Source of the DNA: an uncultured Candidatus Saccharibacteria bacterium
GTDB lineage: Bacteria; Patescibacteriota; Saccharimonadia; CAZHVB01
Reading direction: 5' to 3'
Length of the DNA: 64,000 bases
Assembly: GCA_964600295.1 (NCBI GenBank)
Contig: CAZRIY010000001.1
Coordinates: forward strand, 169,733-233,732
Within the stretch, counting starts at the first letter, position 1. The number at the start of each line of letters is the position of its first letter. Of this stretch, positions 45,653-53,498 are shown piece after piece. A model generated the notes under the pieces. The model was not told where the DNA came from, did not search any database, and worked only from the letters and a program-made list of their open reading frames with translations. The translations under genes were made by a program, and so were the position numbers.

Positions 45653-45671
45653 AGTCCGGCCTCCGGAGCCA
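45653..45671 (+). repeat. 19-nt direct repeat of the tRNA-Asn 3-prime end (att-like remnant)
   Basis: AGTCCGGCCTCCGGAGCCA at 45653..45671 is identical to tRNA positions 45514..45532. Confidence 0.7.
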
Positions 45672-45713
45672 AGCATGGCATGAGCTGCTGTGTTTATTTG
45701 ATACACTAAAACT

Positions 45714-45923
45714 ATGCAAAAGATAGCTACACGATTATTTATCTATTCGTCAATTGTTTTTGGTGTCCTAGGGCTTTTTATGGTTCTGACTGGGATCGAT
45801 CCGGATGAAAATAGCTCCGGCCTTGAGCTAGTCATAACGAAACTCTTTATGGCCACCATTTTTATCATCCTGCCTTCATTCGCATTAAGTGTTGCTAGTA
45901 AGTACTTAAACGGTAAATCTTAG
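45714..45923 (+). CDS. Small 2-TM membrane protein (cassette gene A)
   Basis: 69 aa MQKIATRLFIYSSIVFGVLGLF...ILPSFALSVASKYLNGKS. A paralog lies at 47133..47321. Confidence 0.5.
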   Translation: MQKIATRLFIYSSIVFGVLGLFMVLTGIDPDENSSGLELVITKLFMATIFIILPSFALSVASKYLNGKS

Positions 45924-45951
45924 TTCCAACTTCCTCCACTACGGGGAGCCA
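45924..45951 (+). repeat. Recurrent post-stop ~30-nt motif, copy A (TTCCAACTTCCTCCACTACGGGGAGCCA)
   Basis: Begins 1 nt after the TAG of gene A. Confidence 0.6.
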
Positions 45952-45990
45952 TAAAACTGGGTACGAGCAATTGAGGTATGATTCTTTTAG

Positions 45991-46155
45991 ATGAATAAAA
46001 GTAGAATAATATACTTCGTTCTCGCAATATTATTCGGAGTATTTATGTTTGTATATGGTGAAATTGATGATAGTCCCGGTGGGCAACTGCTCGGACTTCT
46101 CGCAGTCATTATCGGCATAATTGGCGTGATAAAGGGCACGAAGAATTCTGGCTAA
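45991..46155 (+). CDS. Small 2-TM membrane protein (54 aa), unannotated in ORF track
   Basis: ATG 45991 ... TAA 46153..46155 encodes MNKSRIIYFVLAILFGVFMFVYGEIDDSPGGQLLGLLAVIIGIIGVIKGTKNSG. It is followed immediately by the recurrent 30-nt motif. Confidence 0.35.
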   Translation: MNKSRIIYFVLAILFGVFMFVYGEIDDSPGGQLLGLLAVIIGIIGVIKGTKNSG

Positions 46156-46158
46156 ACA

Positions 46159-46188
46159 GGTTCTAACTTCCTCCACCACGGGGTGCTA
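46159..46188 (+). repeat. Recurrent post-stop motif, copy B (GGTTCTAACTTCCTCCACCACGGGGTGCTA), followed by the 12-nt palindrome GTGCTATAGCAC
   Basis: Begins 4 nt after the TAA of the 54-aa ORF. Confidence 0.6.
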
Positions 46189-46261
46189 TAGCACAAGTGC
46201 GGTTAAGAGCTTGATAAGGCATTCTTTGTTATGATTAATCTATGTAAATAAGGAGGATCGC

Positions 46262-46654
46262 ATGGCAGAAATAGAAGAAAACGTGAAGGAGACCGAAGTT
46301 TCCCAGCAGGGGGACACGCAAGTAGTGCGGCAACGCACCTCTACTGATTCAAGCCAAGATTCCCGTTTAACTCTTGCTAATGCTGTTTGGTTCCTACTCG
46401 GTGTGCTGGAGGTTTTGCTGGTCTTCCGGCTTTTTCTCAAGCTTTTCGGAGCCAATCCAGATAGTGGTTTTGTAAGCTTTGTTTACACAGTAACTAGCGG
46501 TTTTACAGCCCCTTTTAGGGGTATATTCAGTACGCCGACCACCCAGGGTGACATCACTACTTCGGTGTTCGAAACGGGTACCCTGCTGGCTATGATAGTT
46601 TACGCATTAATCGGCTGGGGACTAGTGAAACTAGTCAACCTAAATAAAAGATAA
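46262..46654 (+). CDS. YggT-like small membrane protein (cassette gene B)
   Basis: 130 aa; the FTAPFRGIFSTPTTQGDITTSVFETGTLLAMIVYAL segment resembles the YGGT-family core. Acidic N-terminal tail. GGAGG RBS upstream. A paralog lies at 47996..48388. Confidence 0.45.
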   Translation: MAEIEENVKETEVSQQGDTQVVRQRTSTDSSQDSRLTLANAVWFLLGVLEVLLVFRLFLKLFGANPDSGFVSFVYTVTSGFTAPFRGIFSTPTTQGDITTSVFETGTLLAMIVYALIGWGLVKLVNLNKR

Positions 46655-46686
46655 CCCCGTTCCTGAAAGTTCAATAGTACTAACGA

Positions 46687-46716
46687 AGTTCTAACTTCCT
46701 CCACTATGGGGAGCCA
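46687..46716 (+). repeat. Recurrent post-stop motif, copy C (AGTTCTAACTTCCTCCACTATGGGGAGCCA)
   Basis: Begins 33 nt after the stop of gene B. Confidence 0.6.
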
Positions 46717-46796
46717 AACTTCTGATGTTTTTAAACGCTAACAGTACAGCTTTACCAAAAATTTTCATTTGCAGGTAGGATAGCTAAAATAAACTT

Positions 46797-47108
46797 ATGG
46801 CCAAAAAAGAAATCGCTACTAGTGTGGTGCATAGAGTGCCAGCGGATTTGAGAAAGGTTTTGACATCTGCCCCCGAGGTGCGAGCAGCATGGGAGGATAT
46901 TACGCCACTCGCACGCAATGAGTGGATCTGCTGGGTCGTTTCCGTCAAGAAACCAGCGACGAGAAGTGACCATATCAAGAGGGTACGCACAGAACTTCTA
47001 GACGGAAAGCGCCGACCTTGTTGTTGGGCCGGCTGCATTCATCGCACGGACAAATCGATAAGCCCGTCGGTGCAGTGGGCGCTCAATAGACAACCTAAGT
47101 CCAAGTAG
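46797..47108 (+). CDS. YdeI/OmpD-associated (OmdA-like) family small protein
   Basis: 103 aa; ARNEWICWVVSVKKPATRSDHIKRVRTELLDGKRRPC resembles the OmdA domain. Inserted between the two copies of the duplicated cassette. Confidence 0.4.
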   Translation: MAKKEIATSVVHRVPADLRKVLTSAPEVRAAWEDITPLARNEWICWVVSVKKPATRSDHIKRVRTELLDGKRRPCCWAGCIHRTDKSISPSVQWALNRQPKSK

Positions 47109-47132
47109 CAACAAGCTTGTTATAATAAGCTC

Positions 47133-47321
47133 GTGCAAAAAATAGCTACACAAATATTTATCTACGCCTCAATTGCATTTGGAGTTTTGGGAGTTTTAGT
47201 TGCTCTGACGCAGCCTGATGAAAATGAAATACTTGCAAAACTTCTGTTTGCAACGGTTTTTATTATACTGTCCTCATTCGCATTAAGTGTTGCTAGTAAA
47301 TACTTAAACGGTAAATCATAG
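47133..47321 (+). CDS. Small 2-TM membrane protein (cassette gene A-prime, paralog of 45714..45923)
   Basis: 62 aa MQKIATQIFIYASIAFGVLGVLVALTQPDENEILAKLLFATVFIILSSFALSVASKYLNGKS. The C-terminal 20 aa are identical to gene A. Confidence 0.5.
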   Translation: MQKIATQIFIYASIAFGVLGVLVALTQPDENEILAKLLFATVFIILSSFALSVASKYLNGKS

Positions 47322-47327
47322 CATTAA

Positions 47328-47813
47328 ATGTCTATAAGCAAGGGGTCTAATAACATGAAAACTATCACGCCGAATCTATGGTTCGACGGCAAGGCAAAAG
47401 AGGCCGTGGATTTTTACATATCTGTGTTTCCAGACAGTAAAATAATCTCCACAATCAATTATCCAAACAGTGCCGAGGAAGGTTTGGCTGATTTCCAAAA
47501 GGACCTCGCTGGCAAAGTGCTCACGATAGACTTCGAGCTAAGCGGCAACCGTTTCGTGGCCATTAACGCTGGACCCGAGTTTAAATTTAACGAATCTGTG
47601 TCTTTTTCGATTCCTTGTGAAGATCAGGAAGAGATTGATTACTACTGGGAAAAACTTTCTAAAGTCCCGGAATCTGAACAATGTGGTTGGTGTAAAGACC
47701 AGTATGGCCTTAGCTGGCAAGTTGTACCGAAGCACATGGAAGAATTAATGAAGCGCCCGAATGCTTTTGCTAATTTGATGCAGATGCACAAAATTGTTAT
47801 TGAGGATTTTTAA
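47328..47813 (+). CDS. PhnB-like VOC/glyoxalase-fold protein (3-demethylubiquinone-9 3-methyltransferase domain family)
   Basis: ITPNLWFDGKAKEAVDFYISVF ... CGWCKDQYGLSWQVVP are hallmark motifs of the PhnB-like family. The likely start is the internal Met at 47355 (MKTITPNLWF). Confidence 0.65.
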   Translation: MSISKGSNNMKTITPNLWFDGKAKEAVDFYISVFPDSKIISTINYPNSAEEGLADFQKDLAGKVLTIDFELSGNRFVAINAGPEFKFNESVSFSIPCEDQEEIDYYWEKLSKVPESEQCGWCKDQYGLSWQVVPKHMEELMKRPNAFANLMQMHKIVIEDF

Positions 47814-47862
47814 GTTCGTTCACTATCAAGCGTTATCAAATCGCAGAGTAACCCATTAATGC

Positions 47863-47880
47863 GGTTCTAACCTGTCTACC
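47863..47880 (+). repeat. Recurrent motif, degenerate copy D (GGTTCTAACCTGTCTACC), followed by (GGCT)4
   Basis: Lies downstream of the PhnB-like gene stop. Confidence 0.4.
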
Positions 47881-47995
47881 GGCTGGCTGGCTGGCTTCCA
47901 TCACTAGGAGAGCCAAAATATTTACGCTTATTTTGCTGATATAATTAACCGTGAGCTTAGATCTAGTAAAATATCTCTAGAACAAGGAGGATCCC

Positions 47996-48388
47996 GTGGC
48001 AGAAATAGAAGAAAATGTAAAAGAAACCGAAGTTTCCCAGCAGGGCGACATGCAAGTAGTTCGAGAACGCACTTCCACTGATTCAAGCCAAGATACACGA
48101 TTGACTTTGGCTAATGCTGTTTGGTTTTTAGTTGGCTTGATGGAGTTTCTGTTGGCCTTTCGGCTTCTACTTAAGCTTCTTGGGGCCAATCCGTCCAGCG
48201 GTTTTGTAAGCTTTGTATATACAGTAACTAGCGGTTTCACCGCCCCTTTTAGAGGTATATTCAGTACGCCGACCACCCAGGGCGACATTACTACTTCGGT
48301 ATTCGAAACAGGCACCTTACTAGCTATGGTAGTCTACGCATTAGTCGGCTGGGGTGTAGTAAAACTCGTTAATCTCAATAAGAAATAA
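47996..48388 (+). CDS. YggT-like small membrane protein (cassette gene B-prime, paralog of 46262..46654)
   Basis: 130 aa, GTG start; about 85% identical to gene B (MAEIEENVKETEVSQQGD...). Confidence 0.45.
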   Translation: MAEIEENVKETEVSQQGDMQVVRERTSTDSSQDTRLTLANAVWFLVGLMEFLLAFRLLLKLLGANPSSGFVSFVYTVTSGFTAPFRGIFSTPTTQGDITTSVFETGTLLAMVVYALVGWGVVKLVNLNKK

Positions 48389-48419
48389 TTGCGTTACTAA
48401 AAATTCAACAGGGCTAACG

Positions 48420-48449
48420 GAGTTCTAACTTCCTTCACCATGCGGATCC
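48420..48449 (+). repeat. Recurrent post-stop motif, copy E (AGTTCTAACTTCCTTCACCATGCGGATCCA)
   Basis: Begins 32 nt after the stop of gene B-prime. Confidence 0.55.
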
Positions 48450-48460
48450 ATAACCCACGC

Positions 48461-49075
48461 TTATTCAGACAATTTTAGTGACGAGAAGAAAATCGTAAAA
48501 TCATCGTAATAGCGCTGATTATCAGAAGCCAAGCTTTGGCAGTAGGCAATCACCTGGTTAACGTTGCCCAGCGCTATTATTTCAACTCTTTTAATTTTTG
48601 AACCCCCTTCTGTATACAAGATTTCTAGTAGTATTCCTTGGGCTTCACCAAATTTTACGGGATTTAGGGCGGTTGACTCGTTGGCGACTACGGCATCTGG
48701 ATGAACCTTTCTCACCTCGTCCATAATTCCATTGCGTAACTCCTCACCCGTCGCAGATCCTCTCCCTGCCAACTTAGTCTGAGACACAATACATTGTGCG
48801 TTTGGGTCATCATTTGGCCTAAAACCATAAGTAAACCCCGGGTTCATGGCCGCCAGCTCTTCTCTGGGAATCGTCTCGAATTTCTTGCTCATGTTAAAAG
48901 AAAGGCCGGTTGAACTATCGGAAATTGTATTGTAATTAGTAGTTTGAGTTTCAGACTTATTTTCTGGAGCCTTATTAAAAGCACTAAACCAAACAGCTAG
49001 TGCAATAAGCACTAGCAAAAGAGCCAGGTATAAAAGCTTTCTTTTGGTCAAAATACTTCTGAGTACCTTTCGCAT
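48461..49075 (-). CDS. Hypothetical membrane-anchored/secreted protein
   Basis: 204 aa with N-terminal TM (LLYLALLLVLIALAVWFSAF); no recognised domain. Confidence 0.35.
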   Translation of the reverse strand: MRKVLRSILTKRKLLYLALLLVLIALAVWFSAFNKAPENKSETQTTNYNTISDSSTGLSFNMSKKFETIPREELAAMNPGFTYGFRPNDDPNAQCIVSQTKLAGRGSATGEELRNGIMDEVRKVHPDAVVANESTALNPVKFGEAQGILLEILYTEGGSKIKRVEIIALGNVNQVIAYCQSLASDNQRYYDDFTIFFSSLKLSE

Positions 49076-49173
49076 AGAAGGCTATTATAAAACTACGTTT
49101 CTGATTAAACAAAACAGCTCCCCGGAGTGGGGAGCTGTCTGCTCGCTTTGTTTTAGTTTGTTTATGTTTGTGT

Positions 49174-50235
49174 CTACGGTTCGTTCGAGACGGCCACCCA
49201 GGCGGTAGCAATACAGGTGTAAGCTGTACTGTCAGCCGCGCCATCTGTTCTCAAGTATAGAGAGCCTGAGATACAACTACCTGTTGGGGCGCCTGCGCCC
49301 GAGCCGATAGTCGCGCCTGATGACAAACGGATGTCAGCTACGCCATACTCAACTGCCGAGTTAATGTAGTCAGCAGTTTCCGCATGAAACAGATCTAGTC
49401 CGTAATCGAACTTACTTGCTGCAGTCGAGTTAAAGTATTGTACCCCGTAAGCTGCAGTTGGCGTGAGGGTACCGGTGTCACCGCCAAGTACTGCCATAAT
49501 GGCTGCGTCAGCAACATCAGTTCCAGCTTCACCCACTAATCCCGCTTTAGCACCCGTCAAAGCATCGCTGGTGGTGACTTCGTACTTACCAATTACACCG
49601 GCGTGGATATCGGAACCTGTGTTGGTAAGAGTATCACCCATGAAGTTACCCATCATACCAGCGTGGTAGGTGCTAGTTCCACCTGCCGCCCCCTCATACG
49701 TTAGATCACCCCAGACTGACTGGAATGAGCCCGTCGCTCCGGTAGCACGAGTTACAGCTGCGCTTACTCCTGTTGTGGAAGCTATTGTAAGTGCATCTGG
49801 CACCGATGCGTCCGTTAAGGCCGCACAGGTTAGGTTACCGTTGGCTGCAATAGTTGTGGCAAAGGTATTGGCAGCACAATCGGTCGGGTCTGCAGCCAGC
49901 GCTGTAGCCGTACTGGCGTTTCCGGTTAAAGGCCCAACCAAAGCACCCGCGGTAAGAGTTCCCACAACAAGCATGTCCTTCTCAACAATGGTAAGGACCG
50001 GTGCGTTTAGATATAGATAGTTGTCGGTCGCTATATGCAACTCACTGTTCTCATAAATCCTGCTGGCCCCTTGGACAAAATCAATTAGGTTAGTTGTCGC
50101 CGGTGGTCCACCAACAAATTGCCAAAGGTGATCAGTAAAAGTCGATGCCGCAAATGCCGGCGTAGCCGTTAATAGTAAAGTAACCAGCAAAGCTACGGCC
50201 CTTTTCGCTAGGGTCTTTATACCCTTAATTTTCAT
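49174..50235 (-). CDS. Secreted Thr/Ala/Gly-rich surface protein, fibre/adhesin-like
   Basis: Signal peptide MKIKGIKTLAKRAVALLVTLLLTATPAFA. Repetitive T/A/G-rich body and a C-terminal knob-like segment (GSCISGSLYLRTDGAADSTAYTCIATAWVAVSNEP). Confidence 0.45.
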   Translation of the reverse strand: MKIKGIKTLAKRAVALLVTLLLTATPAFAASTFTDHLWQFVGGPPATTNLIDFVQGASRIYENSELHIATDNYLYLNAPVLTIVEKDMLVVGTLTAGALVGPLTGNASTATALAADPTDCAANTFATTIAANGNLTCAALTDASVPDALTIASTTGVSAAVTRATGATGSFQSVWGDLTYEGAAGGTSTYHAGMMGNFMGDTLTNTGSDIHAGVIGKYEVTTSDALTGAKAGLVGEAGTDVADAAIMAVLGGDTGTLTPTAAYGVQYFNSTAASKFDYGLDLFHAETADYINSAVEYGVADIRLSSGATIGSGAGAPTGSCISGSLYLRTDGAADSTAYTCIATAWVAVSNEP

Positions 50236-50390
50236 AGCACTCCTTAAATTATAGTTAAATATACGTTAATTCTCATGCTTTGTGGATTAATTGTCAATTA
50301 AATATAACCGAAAACCTTAATAGCATACCCCTCTTTCTTACTCAAATCCTGACAATTTTTACTTTCTGCGTATATGGGTTAAAATCGACC

Positions 50391-50969
50391 ATGATGACAT
50401 ACCCCAAACCCAAGCTAAAAGTGATAGCTCCAATTGTTGTAGTTCTAGTCGCGGTAACGATAGGTTACTTTGCATTCGGGCCATCTTCGAAAGAAGATCA
50501 AGCCAAACAGGGAGAAATAAATCCCGAGCTAGTAAAGGCAGAAGAGATTGAAGCAGGTGATTTTAAGTACACAAAACCGGATGGTTGGGGCGTACTGTCT
50601 AAAGAATTTTTAGATTCGGAAAGCGCAGTCAACGGTATTGCTACCGTGCCGTTGCCCACTTCTCGATTTACTGTAGGAATAGAATTGTCTGTGCCACCTA
50701 GCGAGGCAGAATTAAAAGACTCTACGCAAGAGACACTTAAAAAACTTCAAAATTTTGAATTAATCAACTCCGGTGACACTACAGTAGACGGAAAGTCTAG
50801 CCACAGATTTACCTACAGGTTCGGTGACAAAGTTAAAACCAAGCAAGAATTAACAGTCCTTATATATAAGGACAAAGTCTTTCTTTTGAAATTTGTCAGT
50901 CCCGATTCAGACTTTGATAAAAAGAAAACAGATTTCGATAAGATTATCTCTAGTTTCAAATTTAAATAA
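50391..50969 (+). CDS. Hypothetical secreted/anchored protein
   Basis: Track ORF is 50280..50969; the likely start is the internal MMTYPKPKLKVIAPIVVVLVAVTIGYFAF (a TM/signal anchor). Confidence 0.35.
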   Translation: MMTYPKPKLKVIAPIVVVLVAVTIGYFAFGPSSKEDQAKQGEINPELVKAEEIEAGDFKYTKPDGWGVLSKEFLDSESAVNGIATVPLPTSRFTVGIELSVPPSEAELKDSTQETLKKLQNFELINSGDTTVDGKSSHRFTYRFGDKVKTKQELTVLIYKDKVFLLKFVSPDSDFDKKKTDFDKIISSFKFK

Positions 50970-51097
50970 TTCAAATTCTTCTCATTCAGCCAAATTTCTG
51001 ACAAGTGTACTCAAATGATGGATTTAGGGTATTGTCGCTAAGCAAATCCCAAAAGTAGCCAAACTACACCATACTTTATGGTTATGGTAAAATTAGT

Positions 51098-51529
51098 ATG
51101 TTAAACCCAGGTAAAATAAACAGCATGAAGCTTAAACAAAAATCCACATCTCTTAAGCGAAATCTTACCGTTCTAACCGTATTTCTGATTTTGCTACTGA
51201 GCACTGTGGGGCAAACGGTCTCATGGAATCGTCTGATGGACCCCCGAGGGCAAGCCGATGAGCAAAATCAGCCAAATCAGGAGAATGATCCTGAGCAGTC
51301 GGCCGAAAACTACAGGGATGAAACTCAAACTCAATCCAACACTCCGGCTGACTCTGTGGAGGCATCTATTGGCTCAAGCAGCCGTTCACCAGCTCGTGGT
51401 CCAACTAGCCCCAAACCAACTTCAGATTTGCCATCGAATTCAAACCAACCTACTACACCTCAAAATCCACAGCCGGAACCAGAACCCACCCATATAATCG
51501 GTTGTTTGGCCGGAATTTTTTGTATATAA
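51098..51529 (+). CDS. Secreted low-complexity (Pro/Gln/Ser-rich) protein
   Basis: N-terminal TM (LTVLTVFLILLLSTVG) followed by a polar low-complexity region. Confidence 0.3.
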   Translation: MLNPGKINSMKLKQKSTSLKRNLTVLTVFLILLLSTVGQTVSWNRLMDPRGQADEQNQPNQENDPEQSAENYRDETQTQSNTPADSVEASIGSSSRSPARGPTSPKPTSDLPSNSNQPTTPQNPQPEPEPTHIIGCLAGIFCI

Positions 51530-51607
51530 GCAATTTGCCTACTCAAAAAGTTGAGCGGCTGATTAACCGGTTCTAGCTTAGAAATAAATCGAGCTTAGTC
51601 GGTATGT

Positions 51608-51898
51608 TTAAGCTGCGCGGTCGCCGGAAGACGGACCGAAGTCGCGCTTTTCCTGGGGGCGGGCTTCACTGACTCGCAGGTTGCGTCCGCCAACGTCCTT
51701 GTTGTTGAGCTGTTTGATGGCCTCATCGGCCTCAGCATCGTTCGACATCTCTACGAATGCAAATCCCTTGGATTTGCCCGAAAAGCGGTCGGTAATGACG
51801 TTAACCGAAGCCACTTCTCCGAACTCGGAGAAAGACTTCTTTAAATCCTCTTCAGTTGTTTCGTAGGAGAGGTTACCTACATAGATCCTTTTTGCCAT
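51608..51898 (-). CDS. RNA-binding protein (RRM domain)
   Basis: RNP-2 IYVGNL and RNP-1 KGFAFVEM; 96 aa with a Gly/Arg-rich tail. Confidence 0.85.
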   Translation of the reverse strand: MAKRIYVGNLSYETTEEDLKKSFSEFGEVASVNVITDRFSGKSKGFAFVEMSNDAEADEAIKQLNNKDVGGRNLRVSEARPQEKRDFGPSSGDRAA

Positions 51899-52021
51899 CC
51901 GTTAACAATAAGACAAAATGGGTATTTTGGCAACAGGGAAGAAGCCCTAGGGTAGAATTGCTTACAATCTGCTCATAAAACTAAATTCCCCTCCCGTGCC
52001 TTTCAACGGTATAATTTTGTT

Positions 52022-52366
52022 ATGAAACAGAATTTTAGAGCTGTGCTTGAGTTTGTCAGGAGCAAGGGAGTGGTCGGCTTGGCCGTAGCCGTCATTTTGG
52101 GGGCAGCGCTGACGGCTCTGGTTAAAGCCATCGTCGATGGATTGCTTGACCCGCTGATTGGCCTGGTTCTGCCCAATACCGATAACTTGGAGCGGGCATC
52201 GTTCCAGATTGCCGATTCAGAATTTAAATGGGGGCAAGTAGCTAGCGCCCTGATCGATTTCGTGGCCATTGCAGCCGTGCTGTACTATTTGCTGCGCTGG
52301 CTGAGACTGGACAAGCTGGACAAAGGCCAATCCGGGGATGCCAAGGATCTGGTGGAGAAACTCTAA
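52022..52366 (+). CDS. mscL: Large-conductance mechanosensitive channel MscL
   Basis: FVRSKGVVGLAVAVILGAALTALVKAIVDGLLDPLIG is the canonical MscL TM1. The ATG lies ~10 nt after a TATAAT hexamer, so the mRNA may be leaderless. Confidence 0.8.
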   Translation: MKQNFRAVLEFVRSKGVVGLAVAVILGAALTALVKAIVDGLLDPLIGLVLPNTDNLERASFQIADSEFKWGQVASALIDFVAIAAVLYYLLRWLRLDKLDKGQSGDAKDLVEKL

Positions 52367-52411
52367 GCAGTTGAGTATGATTAAGACTGACATTAAACGG
52401 GGGAGTAGCTG

Positions 52412-52609
52412 ATGTGTTTGACCTGCGGTTGCGATCAGCCCTACGACGATATGGGGCATACCGACAATGTAACTTATGACGATATCAAAAAGGCGGTAGA
52501 AACCCCAGATGGCAAGGGCTTGACCACCGAAGAGGCTATTAAGAATCTGAACGAAACTTGGCGCAAAGTTAAGGACGAGGATAAAAATTACAAAGCCAGC
52601 AACAAATAA
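52412..52609 (+). CDS. Small Cys-containing hypothetical protein (65 aa)
   Basis: MCLTCGCDQPYDDMGHTDNVTYDDIKK... with CxxCxC at the extreme N-terminus. GGGGGAG RBS 6 nt upstream. Confidence 0.35.
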   Translation: MCLTCGCDQPYDDMGHTDNVTYDDIKKAVETPDGKGLTTEEAIKNLNETWRKVKDEDKNYKASNK

Positions 52610-52676
52610 TAGCTTCAAAAAGACTAGGTATTACGGCTTTTTAGCTGTCTGCAGTCTGCTATATACCCTGGTTAGC

Positions 52677-53498
52677 TTGCTTAGTCCGATAACCGACAAC
52701 CGTTTTAATCTGTCGCTGGTGCAAATTCGGCTACTTCAGTTGACAATTATTTTACCGGTAATTGCCATTTGGGGGTTGGCCTGGTTTGGTGCTACCCGCT
52801 TTAAGGATTATTCGCAGACTATCAAAAACAGTGATGATGGGCACGCCTTGGGACAAGTCTCTAACGGGCTGCTAGTGATAGCCACCGGTTTAATTATCAG
52901 CGGCCTGTTTGCCAGTTTTAGGGGCTGGGCGATCCAAAATGATCTAATAGCCCAATTTACGATTACCAACAGCTATCTGGTACTAATCTTTCCCTTGATT
53001 GGTTTTGGCTTGATGTTCGCGGGTTCTCGCCAACTGCTGAAAATTACCGAAGCCCGGCGCATGGAGCCGAAGAAAATACTGATAGCCCTGGTGTTGGTAA
53101 CGGCGGCAATTTATATTTATGCGCGCGGCATTCTGAGCGGGCATGGGTCTAACAACCTATATCTTAATCAAAATCTGATCTGGCTAACCATTGTTGTTCC
53201 CTACGCTCTAACCTGGCTACTGGGGACCAGCACGATACTTAACATCGCCACTTATCAGCAATCGGTCAAAGGCATAATTTACCGCCAGGCCTTGCGGCGG
53301 CTGAGCTTGGGTCTTTACGTGGTGGTGGGTTTTTCAATTGGGCTGCAGCTACTGACCCTGCTGGTTTCGTCTTTGCAAACGGCGGGCTTGAGCACCTTGT
53401 TAATCATCATTCAAATCCTGATCCTGTTTTATGGCTTGGGTTACCTATTGATTGCGGTCGGCGCCAAGAATCTGGCTAAGATTGAGGCCGTCCATTGA
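52677..53498 (+). CDS. Polytopic membrane protein, hypothetical
   Basis: 273 aa, about 8 TM helices. Confidence 0.4.
   Translation: MLSPITDNRFNLSLVQIRLLQLTIILPVIAIWGLAWFGATRFKDYSQTIKNSDDGHALGQVSNGLLVIATGLIISGLFASFRGWAIQNDLIAQFTITNSYLVLIFPLIGFGLMFAGSRQLLKITEARRMEPKKILIALVLVTAAIYIYARGILSGHGSNNLYLNQNLIWLTIVVPYALTWLLGTSTILNIATYQQSVKGIIYRQALRRLSLGLYVVVGFSIGLQLLTLLVSSLQTAGLSTLLIIIQILILFYGLGYLLIAVGAKNLAKIEAVH

Noticed and set aside
48461-50235. Prophage or tail-fibre module
   Set aside because: Only a single fibre-like protein is present. There are no capsid, terminase, portal, tail-tube or integrase genes nearby.
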